Below are positions 1-10,063 of a stretch of 52,799 nucleotides of DNA, piece after piece. This DNA is from an uncultured Sangeribacter sp. (GTDB lineage: Bacteria > Bacteroidota > Bacteroidia > Bacteroidales > Muribaculaceae). Numbering within the stretch: the stretch's first letter is position 1; each line of letters opens with the position of its first letter. The notes under the pieces are model-generated. The model did no database searches, was not told the origin of the DNA, and saw only the letters and a program-made list of their open reading frames with translations. The stretch is from contig CAZCZX010000001.1 of the NCBI GenBank assembly GCA_964503095.1, positions 1 to 52,799 of the forward strand, written 5' to 3'. Position numbers and translations under genes: made by a program.

Positions 1-719
1 TCGGTAAAGGAGGCTGAGACGGAGGTATTGACTGATTCCGGATAGCGGATATCTGTGAATACTTGGGCTAAGGACTCTTTTTTGTTTTCTTCTACAAATT
101 TCTTGTTGGCCTCGAAGTCATCTTTTGCCTTGAAAAGATCCAGGATTTCTTCTTTTGAATCTTTTCTGTATGTTTCATTATGCCTTATTGCATTGAGTGG
201 CAGACGCTCGCATTGCTCCTCTGATTCGTTAGCCGGAAATCCGAGAGACAAGGATGCAACGGGGACTACGAGATCTGGAAGTTGGAGTAGTTCTGAGATT
301 TGTTTTGCATTATAGTTTACTGTGCCGAGATAGCATGTTCCGAGACCTTCCATCTCAGCGATAGTGACAATCTGCTGTGCATAAATCACTGCATCAGTCA
401 GTGCCATCATGAAAGAATGGAAATTATCATAACCAGGTTTTGCATTGCTTGCCTCACACCATTGAGTGAAGCGGTTGAAGTCAGCACAAATAGTCAGGAT
501 CACATCGGCACCCGTTGCCGCAGGTTGATTAAAATGCTCTTTTGCAAGCCTTTCAAGATTTGCCTTATCTCGGGTTACGATGACACTATAAAGTTGCATG
601 TTGCCACAAGTTGGTGCACGCATCGCTTTTTCGAGGATACTATCTAAAAGCTCCTCAGGTATATGTTTTTTAGAATAGTTTCTGACAGTAACGCGATTTG
701 AGAAATAGTCTTTTTTCAT
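1..719 (-). CDS. NfsA/Frp-like nitroreductase (NADPH-flavin oxidoreductase); 3' end runs off the window
   Basis: Not in the ORF track. Manual translation from ATG 719 gives MKKDYFSNRVTVRNYSKKHIPEELL...RAPTCGNMQLYSVIV...AEMEGLGTCYLGT...LSLGFP...ERLP, matching nitroreductase motifs. Start overlaps the upstream stop (ATGA, 716-719). Confidence 0.85.
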   Translation of the reverse strand, partial: MKKDYFSNRVTVRNYSKKHIPEELLDSILEKAMRAPTCGNMQLYSVIVTRDKANLERLAKEHFNQPAATGADVILTICADFNRFTQWCEASNAKPGYDNFHSFMMALTDAVIYAQQIVTIAEMEGLGTCYLGTVNYNAKQISELLQLPDLVVPVASLSLGFPANESEEQCERLPLNAIRHNETYRKDSKEEILDLFKAKDDFEANKKFVEENKKESLAQVFTDIRYPESVNTSVSASFT

Positions 720-1858
720 AATAGTTCTGTTTTTAGCATGTCTTGGATTATTGCAAGGTCGCTTTTCACTTCACCTTGCAGGAGATACTGGTCTTTGCGA
801 GAATTGAATTTTTCATATATTTCTTTCGCTTTTGCCTCATCTTTGTCAAGATATAGAGCGATAGCCACAAGAATCCTCTCTTTCGATGACATTGTCTTCC
901 GATAGGTGTCGATATATTTCCTAAGGTCTTTATCGAGAAGAGCTTCAGCTTTATCGAGATTGCCAGTGCGAAGATACAGGAAAACAAGTTCACATGCTAT
1001 CTCCTTAACATATAGCGGCATTATCTCTTCTTTGTGGGAATAAAGAGACTCCATTTCGTATAGAGCTTCTTCATATTGAAAATTGTCGATCATCCGACTT
1101 GTATACATCAAAGGAATGGAGACTTCAAGGGCATTTTTGTAATTAATATCTTTTGGATTAGAGAAAAGCGCATCGGGCATATCCTTCGGTCGGATACCAT
1201 CCTGAATAAGGGCATTCGCGCGAAGTTGATTTACGATTCCTTGTTTGCTGAGAAGATTATTCTTCAGTAATTTTATGTTGTATCCGTCATTGCCTATGCC
1301 CCCGGCCTGCATCGGGATGCCATTCATAAGAATCATGATTGTATCAATCATGGCAAATACAGCAAGAGCTTCCACCACAAATGGATTAAGGTCAAGAAAA
1401 AAGAAAGGAATGACAATAAGCAGCAAGATGATATTGGCAAGAACTCCTCCGAAGTTATACCAACCTGTAGGAATCTTCTCAAGTGGAAGATCCGGAGGAG
1501 TCAGCAAACACTGTCCTCCTGTGCCGGCAATTGCGAATTTCTTGATGCGTATTTTTCCATCAATTTTTATGAATGTCCAATTAAATATTCGGAAACTCAC
1601 AAACTTATATCCAGTCAAAAGCCCACAGACAAGATGGCCAAGTTCGTGAATAGGAATAATTATCAATAGAGATACGATAAGTGAACAGATGGCCACAAAG
1701 AATACAGCAAGACCTTCAGAAATGTCGATGGAATAATATTTTTGAATATATTCACTCCACGTAGTGTCAGTAAAAAGCACTACTACCAGTCCGCCTATGA
1801 GAAGACCTAACAAACCTCCCAACAGAAGCCCTCCTAACAACTTGAATATCGTTTTCAT
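716..1858 (-). CDS. M50-family (site-2 protease-like) intramembrane zinc metallopeptidase with helical C-terminal extension
   Basis: Several hydrophobic helices, HELGH zinc motif and NGIP...NDG third-ligand motif. Confidence 0.8.
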   Translation of the reverse strand: MKTIFKLLGGLLLGGLLGLLIGGLVVVLFTDTTWSEYIQKYYSIDISEGLAVFFVAICSLIVSLLIIIPIHELGHLVCGLLTGYKFVSFRIFNWTFIKIDGKIRIKKFAIAGTGGQCLLTPPDLPLEKIPTGWYNFGGVLANIILLLIVIPFFFLDLNPFVVEALAVFAMIDTIMILMNGIPMQAGGIGNDGYNIKLLKNNLLSKQGIVNQLRANALIQDGIRPKDMPDALFSNPKDINYKNALEVSIPLMYTSRMIDNFQYEEALYEMESLYSHKEEIMPLYVKEIACELVFLYLRTGNLDKAEALLDKDLRKYIDTYRKTMSSKERILVAIALYLDKDEAKAKEIYEKFNSRKDQYLLQGEVKSDLAIIQDMLKTELL

Positions 1859-1865
1859 AAAATAT

Positions 1866-3872
1866 TTATTTCATCCGCTTGAGAATATTATAACTTGGCA
1901 ATATTCCAAGTTCGCCAGCTCTTGAGAGGTCGGAAAAAGCCTCGCTCTTTTTCCCTAACGAGAGTTCACATAGTCCGCGATTATAATACGCTGCTCCAAA
2001 ATCAGGGTCAAGTTCTATGGCCTTTGTAAAGCATTCGGCAGCCTGAGTATAATCACGTTGGGTGTAAAGGATATATCCTTTATTATACCATGCGTGTTGC
2101 AATCGTGGATTCAGTCTGGTGGCAGTGTCGAAGTCGGCTGCCGCCATTGCAATCCCTTGCATAGCAAATCTTTGATCTTCCTGAGTCTTGGAATCTTCAT
2201 AACGCGCAACTCCTCTTGCTATATATGCCGGAGTAAATTCTTGGTTTGAGGCAATAATTGCATCAAAATCTTCAATAGCAGCCTTATAGTTTTTCAACAT
2301 AGACAAAGCTACTCCTCGAGCCATTCTGTCTGCGGGACGCACTTTGTTGCCACTGCTCGCAATTATTGACCCATAATCATCAGCAAGTTTGAAAAGCGAT
2401 TCATAATCAGATTCAGACATTACATTATTAAGAGGAGCAAGATAAAGAGTCCGAGTTATATATCGTCCTCTATTGAATGCATCCAATTCACGAAAATAGT
2501 TAGTGACCCCTCCAAGAGATTCTGAAGATGGATTAAAAGAAATAAAATATAGCGGCTCAGGTTCTGCAGAGACGTTACGATCTTGTACTCTTCCTTTGAT
2601 TCGCTCATTATATGATAATTGCGTCTGAGGAATCTCATTCATTGTTACGAGTTGGTTGAATCTGTCCATCACCTCGTTTTCATCCTCTTCTTCTCCATCC
2701 GGCGTCTTATTGGCATTCCGTGGAGTTCCGGCAGCAATCGTCGGGCGGTCTAATGGATTGCTTTCAGGATTTGCTACATATTTCCTAACCAGGCTCTCTG
2801 CATAGTTAACATTTGCGCCAACTGCTTTAAGATTTCCGAGATTTCTTTCTGTCTCGGCAATAGCATAATATACAGGATAGAAATTTGGATATTTGCGCGC
2901 TATGCTTTTGAAGTCGGCAAGCGCTTCCTTGTATTCTCCTGATTCGAGCTCAACAAGTCCTCGATTGTAGAGGGCATGGAAATTTTGAGGATTGAGGTCA
3001 AGAACTGATGAAAAGTCCTTTTTTGCGTTAATGAGGTCCTTGACTTCAAATCGCAGAAGGGCACGGTTGAATAGAGCCGCAATATTTTTGGAATCAAGTT
3101 GTAGGGCATAGTTATAGTCAGACATTGCACCAAGATAATTGTCGGTGTTATATCTCAGATATGCCCGATTTATATATAATCCCGGTTCATCAGGATATAG
3201 CTTGACGGCTTCTTCCATATCAGCCAAAGCTGTTTCCCAATTTCCTCTGTTGCTTTCAATATCTGCCCTAATCAGATATGGATTGAGCAACGCCCTGTTG
3301 AGTTTCAATGCTTTCTCTACATCATCCAATGCAGCTACGGTGTCTTCTCTTTGAAGATTAAGAGATGCGCGGGCAGCATATCCTTCCTCAAATCGGGGAT
3401 ATAAGCGAAGAAGATTGGACAGAGTAGTGAGAGCATCGTCATATTTTTTCATTGATGTGAGCGCGACACCCTTATAAAACAGAAAGTATTTTTCTGTTGG
3501 ATCATATTTCAAACCCTCATTATAGTCTTCGATAGCAAGGGAGTCGAGACCCATTGTTTGTCTTACAAACCCACGGAGTTTATAAGCTTCGGTCTTGAAT
3601 TTATTTCGGTTTATAGCCTCCGTGCAGTCAAGTTCCGCGCCTACATAATCTTCCAGATTCATTTTAGCGAGACCCCGGAAAAAATAAGGATCTGCAAGAT
3701 ATGGCTTTGCTTTGATTGCTTGATTAAAATATTGGATGGCAAGCATGTAGTCATCCATCGAAAGAACATTTCTTCCGATAGTGATCACTTGATCAGCATT
3801 GATCTGAGCATTAATTCCCGCAGGAACAATGAGGGATATGATGAGAATATATAAGATGCGTACACATTTCAT
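1866..3872 (-). CDS. Secreted/periplasmic multi-TPR repeat protein
   Basis: Signal peptide ending INA-Q. Many TPR units (YFNQAIKAKP, AYYNRG, AWYNKG, ALFNRA). Confidence 0.9.
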   Translation of the reverse strand: MKCVRILYILIISLIVPAGINAQINADQVITIGRNVLSMDDYMLAIQYFNQAIKAKPYLADPYFFRGLAKMNLEDYVGAELDCTEAINRNKFKTEAYKLRGFVRQTMGLDSLAIEDYNEGLKYDPTEKYFLFYKGVALTSMKKYDDALTTLSNLLRLYPRFEEGYAARASLNLQREDTVAALDDVEKALKLNRALLNPYLIRADIESNRGNWETALADMEEAVKLYPDEPGLYINRAYLRYNTDNYLGAMSDYNYALQLDSKNIAALFNRALLRFEVKDLINAKKDFSSVLDLNPQNFHALYNRGLVELESGEYKEALADFKSIARKYPNFYPVYYAIAETERNLGNLKAVGANVNYAESLVRKYVANPESNPLDRPTIAAGTPRNANKTPDGEEEDENEVMDRFNQLVTMNEIPQTQLSYNERIKGRVQDRNVSAEPEPLYFISFNPSSESLGGVTNYFRELDAFNRGRYITRTLYLAPLNNVMSESDYESLFKLADDYGSIIASSGNKVRPADRMARGVALSMLKNYKAAIEDFDAIIASNQEFTPAYIARGVARYEDSKTQEDQRFAMQGIAMAAADFDTATRLNPRLQHAWYNKGYILYTQRDYTQAAECFTKAIELDPDFGAAYYNRGLCELSLGKKSEAFSDLSRAGELGILPSYNILKRMK

Positions 3873-3876
3873 ATGG

Positions 3877-3908
3877 CAAAGTTAGCAAGTTTTTTTGGAT
3901 TTTGCAAA
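3877..3908 (-). promoter_or_regulatory. Bacteroidota sigma-A promoter for the TPR-M50-nitroreductase unit; probably leaderless
   Basis: Minus strand: TTTG (3905-3908), 20-nt spacer, TAACTTTG (3877-3884). The ATG at 3872 is only 4 nt further on. Confidence 0.7.
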
Positions 3909-4037
3909 CCTGAAATAGGTTCAGAATGTTGTTAATATTGTAAAAAGACAATAAGATTTCCCGAAAAAGGATTTTCTTATTAGCAACTATCTCAATATTC
4001 CTCCTCACGCAAGCGAAAGTTGAATTAATAAAAAATT

Positions 4038-5309
4038 ATGGAAAAACAGACAATCGTGATTATTGGCGGTGGTTTTGCCGGTATGAATCTGGCAAAGCGT
4101 ATCGATAAAAAGAAATACTTAGTAAAGTTGGTAGACAGACACAATTATCATTCATTCCCACCACTTTTCTATCAAATTGCTTCATCGGCTCTCGATGTGC
4201 CAAGTATATCTTTCCCTTTCCGTAGGGAATTTAAAAAGACGAGAGGGGATGTGACATATCATATGGGACATGTCAAAAATATCGATCTTGAGAAAAAAAG
4301 CATAGAGACAAGTTATGAGACTATCAACTACGATAAACTCGTAATAGCAGCCGGATCAACCAACAATTATTTCGGTATGGAAGGCCTGGATGAAAAAGTC
4401 TTCGGAATCAAAACATCCGGAGAGGCAAGCCATACACGCGATGAAATACTCGACCGACTTGAGCGCGGATGTCTTGAAAAAGATCCGGAACGCAGAAAAC
4501 AGTTGTTGAGTTTCCTCGTTATTGGTGGAGGACCTGCTGGAGTTGAGATTGCCGGGGCTCTTGGCGAAATGAAACGAGATGTGCTTCCAAGAGAATACCC
4601 AGAGTTAAATCCAGATGATATGACAATTACTCTTGTGGAGGGTGCAGACCGTCTTCTTTCTGCTTTCGATCCAAAATTGAGCCAGAAAGCCTACGTCTAT
4701 CTGAGTCAACTTTTGGTAGACATTCGTCTGAATACTGTAATGAAAGGCTACGATAATAAGATGGTGGCATTTGCAGATGGTCATGAAGAATATTGGGAGA
4801 CCCTGATTTGGACCGCCGGAGTGAAAGGGGAACCCATGCCAGGCATTCCTTCAGAAATGATTGGAAGAGGAGGCAGAATCATAGTCGATGAATTCAATCA
4901 AGTCAAAGGAGCAGATTCTCTATATGCAATAGGCGACATCGCATTAATGCAGACAGAAGAATATCCAAATGGACATCCACAGGTGGCCCAACCAGCCATA
5001 CAGCAAGCCAAGAATCTTGCAGCCAACCTAAATAGGGGAGAGATGACAACTCCTTTCAAATACAACGATAAGGGCACAATGGCTACAATCGGACGTAATA
5101 AAGCTATTGCTCAGATTGGCAAGATGACATTTGCCGGAAGGTTTGCTTGGTGGCTGTGGATGGCAATTCACCTGATAAGTATTCTGGGAGTAAGAACTAA
5201 AGTAACAGTTCTTCTCAACTGGATATGGAACTATTGCACTTACTCCACATCGCTTCGACTGCTTATGCGTCCGGTGAAATACCCTCTAAGAAAGCATTGG
5301 GGTGATTGA
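4038..5309 (+). CDS. ndh: Type II NADH:quinone oxidoreductase (NDH-2)
   Basis: FAD-binding GGGFAG, NAD-binding GGGPAGVE, YAIGD, AQPAIQQA and C-terminal membrane-anchor region (GRFAWWLW). Confidence 0.9.
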   Translation: MEKQTIVIIGGGFAGMNLAKRIDKKKYLVKLVDRHNYHSFPPLFYQIASSALDVPSISFPFRREFKKTRGDVTYHMGHVKNIDLEKKSIETSYETINYDKLVIAAGSTNNYFGMEGLDEKVFGIKTSGEASHTRDEILDRLERGCLEKDPERRKQLLSFLVIGGGPAGVEIAGALGEMKRDVLPREYPELNPDDMTITLVEGADRLLSAFDPKLSQKAYVYLSQLLVDIRLNTVMKGYDNKMVAFADGHEEYWETLIWTAGVKGEPMPGIPSEMIGRGGRIIVDEFNQVKGADSLYAIGDIALMQTEEYPNGHPQVAQPAIQQAKNLAANLNRGEMTTPFKYNDKGTMATIGRNKAIAQIGKMTFAGRFAWWLWMAIHLISILGVRTKVTVLLNWIWNYCTYSTSLRLLMRPVKYPLRKHWGD

Positions 5310-5335
5310 TGGTTGGATAAAAGAAAATTTTTTGT

Positions 5336-5343
5336 TAATTTTG
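5336..5343 (+). promoter_or_regulatory. -7 promoter element (TAATTTTG) upstream of the META-hslR unit
   Basis: Matches TAnnTTTG, 22 nt upstream of ATG 5366. Confidence 0.55.
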
Positions 5344-5365
5344 CAAATCTCTAAAATTTGAAAAA

Positions 5366-6334
5366 ATGAAAAATAGAAATAACGTAATGGTTGCAGCCTT
5401 GGGGCTTGCAATGCTTTTTGGGACATCGAGTTGTTCAATTTTTAAACCCTCTACAAATTACGAAGGTAGCGGTAAAGGTATTCAAGGCTGGGTAGAATCC
5501 GGCAAAGAAGATGCAACAACTTTGAAAGACAAGACAAAGAAAGAAACTAAAAAAGTGGAGAAAAAAACTGATAATGCTATCGCTGATGTAAAAGAAAAAC
5601 TTGAAGAAATAGCCAATTCTCAGGTCAATGGCACACTGACCGGCGATTGGGCCATAGAGTCAGTATTGGGAAAGAAAGCAATAGGAGAAACGGCACCGTT
5701 CATAAAGTTCGTGCCCAATGAGGGTCGTATTTATGGAAATAACGGGTGTAACATCATAAATGGCTTCTTCAAATCAAACTATTCCGACAAGACTCTCTCG
5801 TTCAGTCAACTCGCCACTACTATGATGCTTTGCGGCGACAGCAATATCACCGACACTGAAATTGGAGAGGCACTCGGGCTTACCGCAAGTTATTCTATGG
5901 AAAATGGGAAAGATTCTGAAAGCATCTTGAGATTATACGATGCAGGAGGCAGAGAGGTGATGCAGTTGATGCATCGTGATTTCCATTTCTTGGATGGCAC
6001 TTGGGCTGTAAAAGCCATCGATGGGGAAGCAGTCGATATTAAAGATATGAAGATTGCCCTCGACGTTGATGAAAAGAAGATGCATGGCAACACAGGATGC
6101 AATATAATCAATGGTGAACTTGAAACAGACATGGATGCAGCCAACTCCATTTCTTTCTCAAAGATTGCAATGACAAGAATGGCTTGTCCTAACTCCGGAT
6201 GGGAGACAAGGATGACTATGGCTCTCGAAGAGGCTGTGACTGCTGAGAAAATAAATGCTGATGAAATTGCTTTCTTGGGAAGCAATGGCAAGCAAGTGAT
6301 GCTCTTAAAGAAAACATCTCCGATTGAAGACTGA
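5366..6334 (+). CDS. Lipoprotein with two META (HslJ-like) domains
   Basis: Lipobox TSS-C. Two repeats of W...GNxGCNIING...S...TxMxC, typical of META domains. Confidence 0.85.
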   Translation: MKNRNNVMVAALGLAMLFGTSSCSIFKPSTNYEGSGKGIQGWVESGKEDATTLKDKTKKETKKVEKKTDNAIADVKEKLEEIANSQVNGTLTGDWAIESVLGKKAIGETAPFIKFVPNEGRIYGNNGCNIINGFFKSNYSDKTLSFSQLATTMMLCGDSNITDTEIGEALGLTASYSMENGKDSESILRLYDAGGREVMQLMHRDFHFLDGTWAVKAIDGEAVDIKDMKIALDVDEKKMHGNTGCNIINGELETDMDAANSISFSKIAMTRMACPNSGWETRMTMALEEAVTAEKINADEIAFLGSNGKQVMLLKKTSPIED

Positions 6335-6759
6335 TGGAAGTAAGAATTGACAAATGGCTTTGGGCTATGCGAGTTTTCAAGACTCGCACGATAGCTACGG
6401 ATGCATGCAAGAAAGGAAGAGTGATGATGGGAGGAGCTCCAGTGAAACCTTCAAGAGCCATAAAAGAAGGTGATATCATTGAAGTCAGAAAACCACCTAT
6501 CACATATACATTCCGCGTCAAAGCAACCACTCAGAATCGTCTCGGTGCCAAACTTGTGGCTGACTACCTCGAAAATCTCACGCCACAAAGCCAATATGAT
6601 CTCCTGGAGATGACTAAGATATCCGGATTTATAGATCGTCGCAAAGGTATGGGGCGTCCTACAAAAAGAGACAGCCGCGAGATGTCGCGATTCAAAGAGG
6701 ATTCTTATGCAGACACATACTTCCTCGACTGGGAAGATGACGATGATGATGACGAATAG
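6334..6759 (+). CDS. hslR: Ribosome-associated heat-shock protein Hsp15 (S4 domain)
   Basis: VRIDKWLWAMRVFKTRTIA and GRPTKRD motifs; acidic C-terminal tail. Confidence 0.88.
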   Translation: MEVRIDKWLWAMRVFKTRTIATDACKKGRVMMGGAPVKPSRAIKEGDIIEVRKPPITYTFRVKATTQNRLGAKLVADYLENLTPQSQYDLLEMTKISGFIDRRKGMGRPTKRDSREMSRFKEDSYADTYFLDWEDDDDDDE

Positions 6760-6794
6760 CAAAATTGGCGCGGTTTTTGCTATATAATTATGTT

Positions 6795-9614
6795 ATGAGT
6801 AAACGACAAATTGAAATAAAAGGAGCAAGGGTCAACAATCTTAAGAATGTTGACCTCTCTCTTCCTATCGGCAATTTTATAGTGATGACCGGAGTCAGCG
6901 GAAGCGGAAAGTCATCGCTTGCTTTTGATACCCTCTATGCAGAAGGGCAGCGTCGATATGTGGAGAGCCTGTCGGCATATGCCCGCCAATTCCTGGGCAG
7001 AATGGCAAAGCCAGAGTGCGACTATATCAAAGGTCTACCACCTGCGATTGCAATCGAGCAGAAAGTGAACACTCGCAATCCACGAAGCACCGTCGGCACT
7101 TCAACTGAAATATATGACTATATGCGTATGCTCTTCGCTCGCGCAGGACACACTATTTCTCCTGTCACCGGCAAAGAAGTGAAGCGTGAGACTATTGAGG
7201 AGATGGTGCGACAGATTCTTTCTTTGCCGGAAGGAACTCGTCTTGCGGTTTTAATTCAGTTAAATGTGCCTGAAGGGAGAAACATCCTCACCCAACTTGA
7301 AATTTACAGGAAAGAAGGATATTCAAGGCTGGAGAAAGACGGACGTTTTGAAGACATCTCCGAGGTGGTTGAGAAAATTGGCAGTGGTTCTCTTTCAGAA
7401 GAACAAGCTTTGACATATAGACTATTGATCGACCGTCTCTCAGTAAATGGCGAAAAGGATGAGATAGCCCGACTCACCGATTCTTTGGAGACTGCATATT
7501 TCGAAGGCAGAGACAAGTGTATAGTAAAGATTTGGGGTGAGGATGGTGTCAATGAACGCGAGTTTTCCCGACAGTTTTCTGCCGATGGCATTGAGTTTCG
7601 CGAACCCACCGACCTTATGTTTAACTTCAACAATCCCTATGGCGCATGCCCTACTTGCGAAGGATTTGGAAAAGTTTTGGGTGTAAGTGAAGACCTTGTG
7701 ATTCCTGATAAGACCTTATCTGTATATCAAGACGCTGTAATGTGTTTTCGAGGTGAGAAGATGAGCGAATGGAAAAATTGGCTTATCAAGCTTGCTCCAT
7801 CCTTAGGATTTCCCATCCATAAGCCGTATATGGAACTATCCCAAGAAGAAAAGGATATTCTTTGGCATGGTAAAGGGAAGTGGGAAGGAATTGACGGTTT
7901 CTTTAAATGGGTAGATGAAAACCAATATAAGATCCAATACAGAGTGATGAAAGCCAGGTACAGGGGACGCACCACATGCCCTACTTGTCACGGCACACGC
8001 CTACGAAAAGATGCAGAGTATGTTAAGGTGGGTGGCAAAAGCATCACAGAACTTGTAAGGATGCCTATATCAGAACTCCAAAAATTCTTTGATTCTCTTC
8101 AACTTAACGAAGAAGATACAGCTATAGCAAATCGCTTGCTTATTGAGATTAGAAGTAGACTCGATTTCCTAAATAAAGTCGGCCTTGGCTATTTGACTCT
8201 CGACCGTCTTTCCTCTTCTCTTTCCGGAGGAGAAAGCCAACGCATTAATCTTGCCACTTCTCTTGGAAGTTCACTTGTTGGATCTCTCTATATTCTTGAT
8301 GAACCTTCTATTGGACTTCATTCAAGAGACACTGAGAAACTGATTGGCGTATTGCGCAATCTTCAGAAGATTGGAAATACAGTGGTAGTGGTAGAGCATG
8401 ATGAGGATATTATGCTTGCTGCTGATGAAATAGTGGATATTGGGCGCGATGCAGGAAGCCACGGAGGAAGTATCATCTATCAAGGAAATCTGCAAGAGAC
8501 TCTTGAAAAAGGATATGAAGGGGAATCATATACTTTAGATTACCTTTCCGGCAAGCGGTCAATTCCGGTGCCTTCACTGCGTAGACCTTGGAAAAAATTT
8601 GTGGAAGTGATTGGAGCAAGAGAAAACAATCTAAAGGGTATAGATGTGAAGTTTCCTCTCGGTGTTATGTCAGTAGTGACCGGTGTGAGTGGGAGCGGAA
8701 AGTCTACTCTTGTAAGGGAAATTCTCTACAAGGCGATTGTGCGTCTGCTTGGCGACCCATGCGACGCTCCCGGCGCACACAAGAAAATCGGGGGAGACGT
8801 GAATGCAATCGGTGCGATAGAGTTTGTAGATCAAAATCCAATAGGTACTTCCTCACGATCTAACCCCGCGACCTATCTGAAAGCTTTTGATGAGATTCGA
8901 AAGCTCTTTGCAGAGCAACCACTTGCCAAGCAGTTGGGATTCACACCTGGATTCTTCTCTTTCAATGCTGAAGGGGGAAGATGCGAGGAGTGCAAAGGTG
9001 AGGGCACCATCACTATTCCTATGCAGTTTATGGCAGACATTACTGTGGAATGTGAGGAATGTCACGGCAAGCGATTCAAACAGGATGTTCTTGATGTGCT
9101 ATATCGAGGTAAGAATATCTTCGATTTCCTTGAGATGACAGTGGATGAGTGTATTGCTTTCCTTCAAGAAGACAACAAAGACTCCACTGTGAAGAAGATC
9201 ATCAAAAAACTCCTTCCTCTTCAGGAAGTAGGACTTGGATATGTCAAGCTTGGGCAAAGCAGTTCATCCTTATCGGGGGGCGAGAGTCAACGTGTGAAGT
9301 TGGCATATTTCATATCTCAGGAAAAGCAACCTCGCACCATGTTTATCTTTGATGAACCCACAACCGGTCTTCACTTCCATGATATTTCTACGCTTCTGAA
9401 ATCACTCAATCGTCTTGTAGATGCCGGGCATACAGTGGTGATTATAGAGCATAATATGGATGTCATCAAGAGTGCGGATTGGGTTATTGACATAGGGCCT
9501 GAAGGTGGCGACGCCGGAGGAAATCTTGTCATTGCCGGCACTCCTGAGGAAGTGGCAGCTTGCCCTGAATCATATACAGGTAAGTATCTTAAAGCAAAAC
9601 TTGAAGCAAAATGA
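6795..9614 (+). CDS. uvrA: Excinuclease ABC subunit A
   Basis: GARVNNLKN, two Walker A motifs (GVSGSGKS), two LSGGE signatures and zinc fingers. ATG 6795 is preferred over the TTG at 6765. Confidence 0.97.
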   Translation: MSKRQIEIKGARVNNLKNVDLSLPIGNFIVMTGVSGSGKSSLAFDTLYAEGQRRYVESLSAYARQFLGRMAKPECDYIKGLPPAIAIEQKVNTRNPRSTVGTSTEIYDYMRMLFARAGHTISPVTGKEVKRETIEEMVRQILSLPEGTRLAVLIQLNVPEGRNILTQLEIYRKEGYSRLEKDGRFEDISEVVEKIGSGSLSEEQALTYRLLIDRLSVNGEKDEIARLTDSLETAYFEGRDKCIVKIWGEDGVNEREFSRQFSADGIEFREPTDLMFNFNNPYGACPTCEGFGKVLGVSEDLVIPDKTLSVYQDAVMCFRGEKMSEWKNWLIKLAPSLGFPIHKPYMELSQEEKDILWHGKGKWEGIDGFFKWVDENQYKIQYRVMKARYRGRTTCPTCHGTRLRKDAEYVKVGGKSITELVRMPISELQKFFDSLQLNEEDTAIANRLLIEIRSRLDFLNKVGLGYLTLDRLSSSLSGGESQRINLATSLGSSLVGSLYILDEPSIGLHSRDTEKLIGVLRNLQKIGNTVVVVEHDEDIMLAADEIVDIGRDAGSHGGSIIYQGNLQETLEKGYEGESYTLDYLSGKRSIPVPSLRRPWKKFVEVIGARENNLKGIDVKFPLGVMSVVTGVSGSGKSTLVREILYKAIVRLLGDPCDAPGAHKKIGGDVNAIGAIEFVDQNPIGTSSRSNPATYLKAFDEIRKLFAEQPLAKQLGFTPGFFSFNAEGGRCEECKGEGTITIPMQFMADITVECEECHGKRFKQDVLDVLYRGKNIFDFLEMTVDECIAFLQEDNKDSTVKKIIKKLLPLQEVGLGYVKLGQSSSSLSGGESQRVKLAYFISQEKQPRTMFIFDEPTTGLHFHDISTLLKSLNRLVDAGHTVVIIEHNMDVIKSADWVIDIGPEGGDAGGNLVIAGTPEEVAACPESYTGKYLKAKLEAK

Positions 9615-10063
9615 GAAAGAGTCGTGTTTGTGTATTCTTGCTTGCCGTGACTATGTTGGCAAGTTGTTCTTCAGAAAAGCAGAAGAAAGATCGTAGGGAT
9701 GCCGACGATATGTTTGGCAAGATTAGTGCTCTTATATCTGATTATACTTTGAAAGTTTCAGAAGCAAAAGACAGCGCATCTTGGGCGGAGGCTTGCTCTG
9801 AATTTGAAGAAAAACTTGACAAGGTCAATTTTTCCTATCCTCCAGACACTGACATATTGCTGACAGAAGGACAAAATGACACAATCCAGTCATTGCTTCA
9901 GGAATATGTCAATGCAAGAGATATCCGCATCCGGGATATTTTACATCCGAAAATTGAGAATGACACGATTTCTGACAGCCTTGGCGTAGATGTCAATGTT
10001 CCTGAGACCTCTCCTCAGCCAAAAGTCAGCCAAGCAGGTGCATCTCACAATCACGACAATTGA
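9611..10063 (+). CDS. Hypothetical lipoprotein
   Basis: Lipobox LAS-C. ATGA-coupled to the uvrA stop. 3' end overlaps the convergent U32 gene by 38 bp. Confidence 0.7.
   Translation: MRKSRVCVFLLAVTMLASCSSEKQKKDRRDADDMFGKISALISDYTLKVSEAKDSASWAEACSEFEEKLDKVNFSYPPDTDILLTEGQNDTIQSLLQEYVNARDIRIRDILHPKIENDTISDSLGVDVNVPETSPQPKVSQAGASHNHDN

Noticed and set aside
55-647. Plus-strand ORFs 55-315 and 300-647
   Set aside because: Antisense shadows of the minus-strand nitroreductase, which has clear family motifs.
3929-3946. Rex-like operator upstream of ndh (TTGTTAATATTGTAAAAA)
   Set aside because: Four mismatches to TTGTGAA-N4-TTCACAA in AT-rich DNA; too weak to support.
6736-6756. GAT/GAC triplet run at the end of hslR
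   Set aside because: Encodes a simple poly-Asp tail with mixed codons; not a contingency repeat.
10026-10063. Convergent 3' overlaps (lipoprotein/U32, 38 bp; also ligA/UDG, 33866-33892)
   Set aside because: Short tail-to-tail overlaps are common in compact genomes and need no special explanation.
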